Shown: one piece after another, positions 61,937 to 64,000 of the stretch
Position numbering within the stretch: the first letter of the stretch is position 1
Layout of the letters: each line of letters opens with the position of its first letter
Assembly (NCBI RefSeq): GCF_039654945.1
Contig: NW_027361709.1
Coordinates: 7,564,001-7,628,000, forward strand
Source: Dendrobates tinctorius
Taxonomy: Eukaryota
Direction of reading: 5' to 3'
DNA length: 64,000 bases
The notes under the pieces: model-generated
Database searches by the model: none
Seen by the model: only the letters and a program-made list of their open reading frames with translations
Told to the model about the DNA's origin: nothing
Translations under genes and position numbers: made by a program

Positions 61937-62860
61937 GAATTTGTATTATGGCAAGAAAAAAGCAGCTAAGTAAAGAAAAACGAGTGGCCATCATTTAACA
62001 AATGAAGGTCAGTCAGTCCGAAAAATTGGGAAAACTTTGAAAGTGTCCCCAAGTGCAGTGGCAAAAACTATCAAGCGCTACAAAGAAACTGGCTCACGTG
62101 AGGACCGCCCCAGGAAAGGAAGACCAAGAGTCACCTCTGCTGCAGAGGATAAGTTCATCCGAATCACCAGCCTCAGAAATCGCAGGTTAACAGCAGCTCA
62201 GGTTAGAGACCAGGTCAACGCCACACAGAGTTCTAGCAGCAGACACATCTCTACAACAACTGTCAAGAGGAGACTTTGTGCAGCAGGCCTTCATGGTAAA
62301 ATAGCTGCTAGGAAACCACTGCTAAGGACAGGCAACAAGCAGGAGAGACTTGTTTGGGCTAAAGAACACAATGAATGGACATTAGACCAGTGGAAATCTG
62401 TGCTTTGGTCTGCTGTGTAAGGGCTATTTGACCGAGAGGGAGAGTGATGGGGTGCTACGCCAGATGACTGGGCCTCCACAATCACCAGTCCTGAACCCAA
62501 TCGAGATGGTTTGGGGTGAGCTGGACCGCAGAGTGAAGGCAAAAGGGCCAACAAGTGCTAAGCATCTCTGGGAACTACTTCAAGACTGTTGGAAGACCAT
62601 TTCCGGTGACTACCTCTTGAAGCTCATCAAGAGAATGCCAAGAGTGTGCAAAGCAGTAATCAAAGCAAAAGGTGGCTACTTTGAAGAACCTAGAATATAA
62701 GACATATTTTCAGTTATTTCACACTTTTTTGTTAATTATATAATTCCACATGTGGAAATTCATAGTTTTGATGCCTTCTGAGTGAATCTACAGTTTTCAT
62801 AGTCATGAAAATAAAGAAAACTCTTTGAATGAGGTGTGTCCAAACTTTTGGTCTTTACTG
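61937..62860 (+). mobile_element. Internally deleted Tc1, right arm of the large palindrome
   Basis: ORFs 62037-62420 and 62428-62700 carry the same deletion junction (TGGTCTGCTGTGTAAGGG) as the left arm; the TIR ends ...CAAACTTTTGGTCTTTACTG. Confidence 0.92.
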
Positions 62861-63132
62861 TGTGTGTATGTGTGTATATACTGTGATATATATATTTATT
62901 TTTTGTACACGGATATATAGTGGCATTTGGGCGTGAGCAACCCTGGTAGAAACCACTGTCAATGTAAACAGTTAAGCAAGTTGAAGATAATTTCATCTCT
63001 AAAAAGGCTCAAGTTAAAGGTGATATATTTGTATTTTAGATTAAAAAATATACGTTTTTACATGTTAAAAATTTCAAAAAGGAAAAAATAGACTTTTTTT
63101 CATTCTAAAAATTACAAAAAAGAAAATGGGCT

Positions 63133-64000
63133 AATGCAAAAGTTTGGGCACCGTTGGATATTTGTATGCTCAGATAATTTTGACCAAGATGTCAGTCATT
63201 AATTAGCCTGTTAGGGTTATGGCTTGTTCACCATCATCGTTAGGAAAGGCCAAGTCATGCAAGTTTCCCAGCTTTATAAAAACTCAGCCTCCTCTAACCT
63301 TTTGCCAAAAACTGCAGCCGTGGGTCCTTCTACGCCGCTGCCTAGCACTCTGAAAATGGTGGCGGCCGACAAAGCAAGAGAAGGCTATAGCAAGATAACA
63401 AAGCGCTTTCCTCAGTTTGAAATATAACTAATAAATGACCGTTAACAGGAACAGAGGCGGTCAAGATAAGTTCCAGAAGACCAAGCAGAATTTCAGTGAG
63501 AGCTGCACGTAGGATTGCTAGAGAGGCAAATTAGAAACTCCACCTGACTGCAAAAGACCTTCAGAAACATTTAGCAGACTTTGAAGTTGTGGTACATTGT
63601 TCTACTATTCAGAGTCACGGCACAAATATGGCCTTCATATGGAAGAGTCATCAGAAGAAAACCTCTCCTTCATCTTCACCGTAAAAGTCAGCATCAGAAG
63701 TATGCAAAAGAACATCTAAACAATCCTGATGCATTTTGGAAACAAGTCCTGTGGAAAAGCGAGGTTAAAATAGAACTCCTTGGCCACAATAATCAAAGGT
63801 ACATGTGGAGAAAAAAGGGCACAGAATTTCAGGAAAAGAACATCTCGCCAACCATTAAGCATGGGGGTGGATCAATGATGCTTTGAGGTCGTGTTGCAGC
63901 CAATGGCACGGGGAAAATTTCACGGGAAGACGGAAGAATTGATTCAATGAAATTTCAACAAATTCTTGATGCAAACATAACACCATCTGCATAAAAGCTG
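63133..64000 (+). mobile_element. Degenerate Tc1 element of another family, cut by the window end
   Basis: TGCAAAAGTTTGGGCACC TIR-like start; fragments RRKPLL, WKQVLW..EVKIELLG, PTIKHGGGSMML. Confidence 0.85.

Overview
Vertebrate genomic DNA, most likely from a frog (inferred from its repeat families: DIRS1, piggyBac/T2-type TTAA elements, Harbinger MITEs, a tRNA-headed SINE). I reconstructed genes by hand from GT-AG sites and codon phase. They are the last six coding exons of an SLC26A6-like anion exchanger (+), a complete 6-coding-exon WDR6 (+, about 1054 aa) and a complete 13-exon DALRD3 (-, about 542 aa). Between WDR6 and DALRD3 lies an unrecognised 3-exon gene model (+, about 280 aa), flanked by two arrays of the same 35-bp satellite. 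A candidate first exon of another gene diverges from the DALRD3 promoter. Introns and intergenic DNA carry a near full-length degenerate DIRS1 retrotransposon interrupted by a hAT MITE, an L1 3' end with TSD, Tc1 remnants, a solo LTR, piggyBac/hAT/Harbinger MITEs and several minisatellites. The most unusual non-genic signals are: (i) hairpin-shaped insertions with 14-15 bp TSDs and minimal or variant hammerhead-ribozyme motifs of the Penelope-like type; (ii) a 3.5-kb palindrome of two head-to-head Tc1 3' halves around such a hairpin core; (iii) a perfect palindrome with 151-bp arms next to an assembly gap. No database search was run; gene names rest on recalled similarity to human proteins plus synteny.
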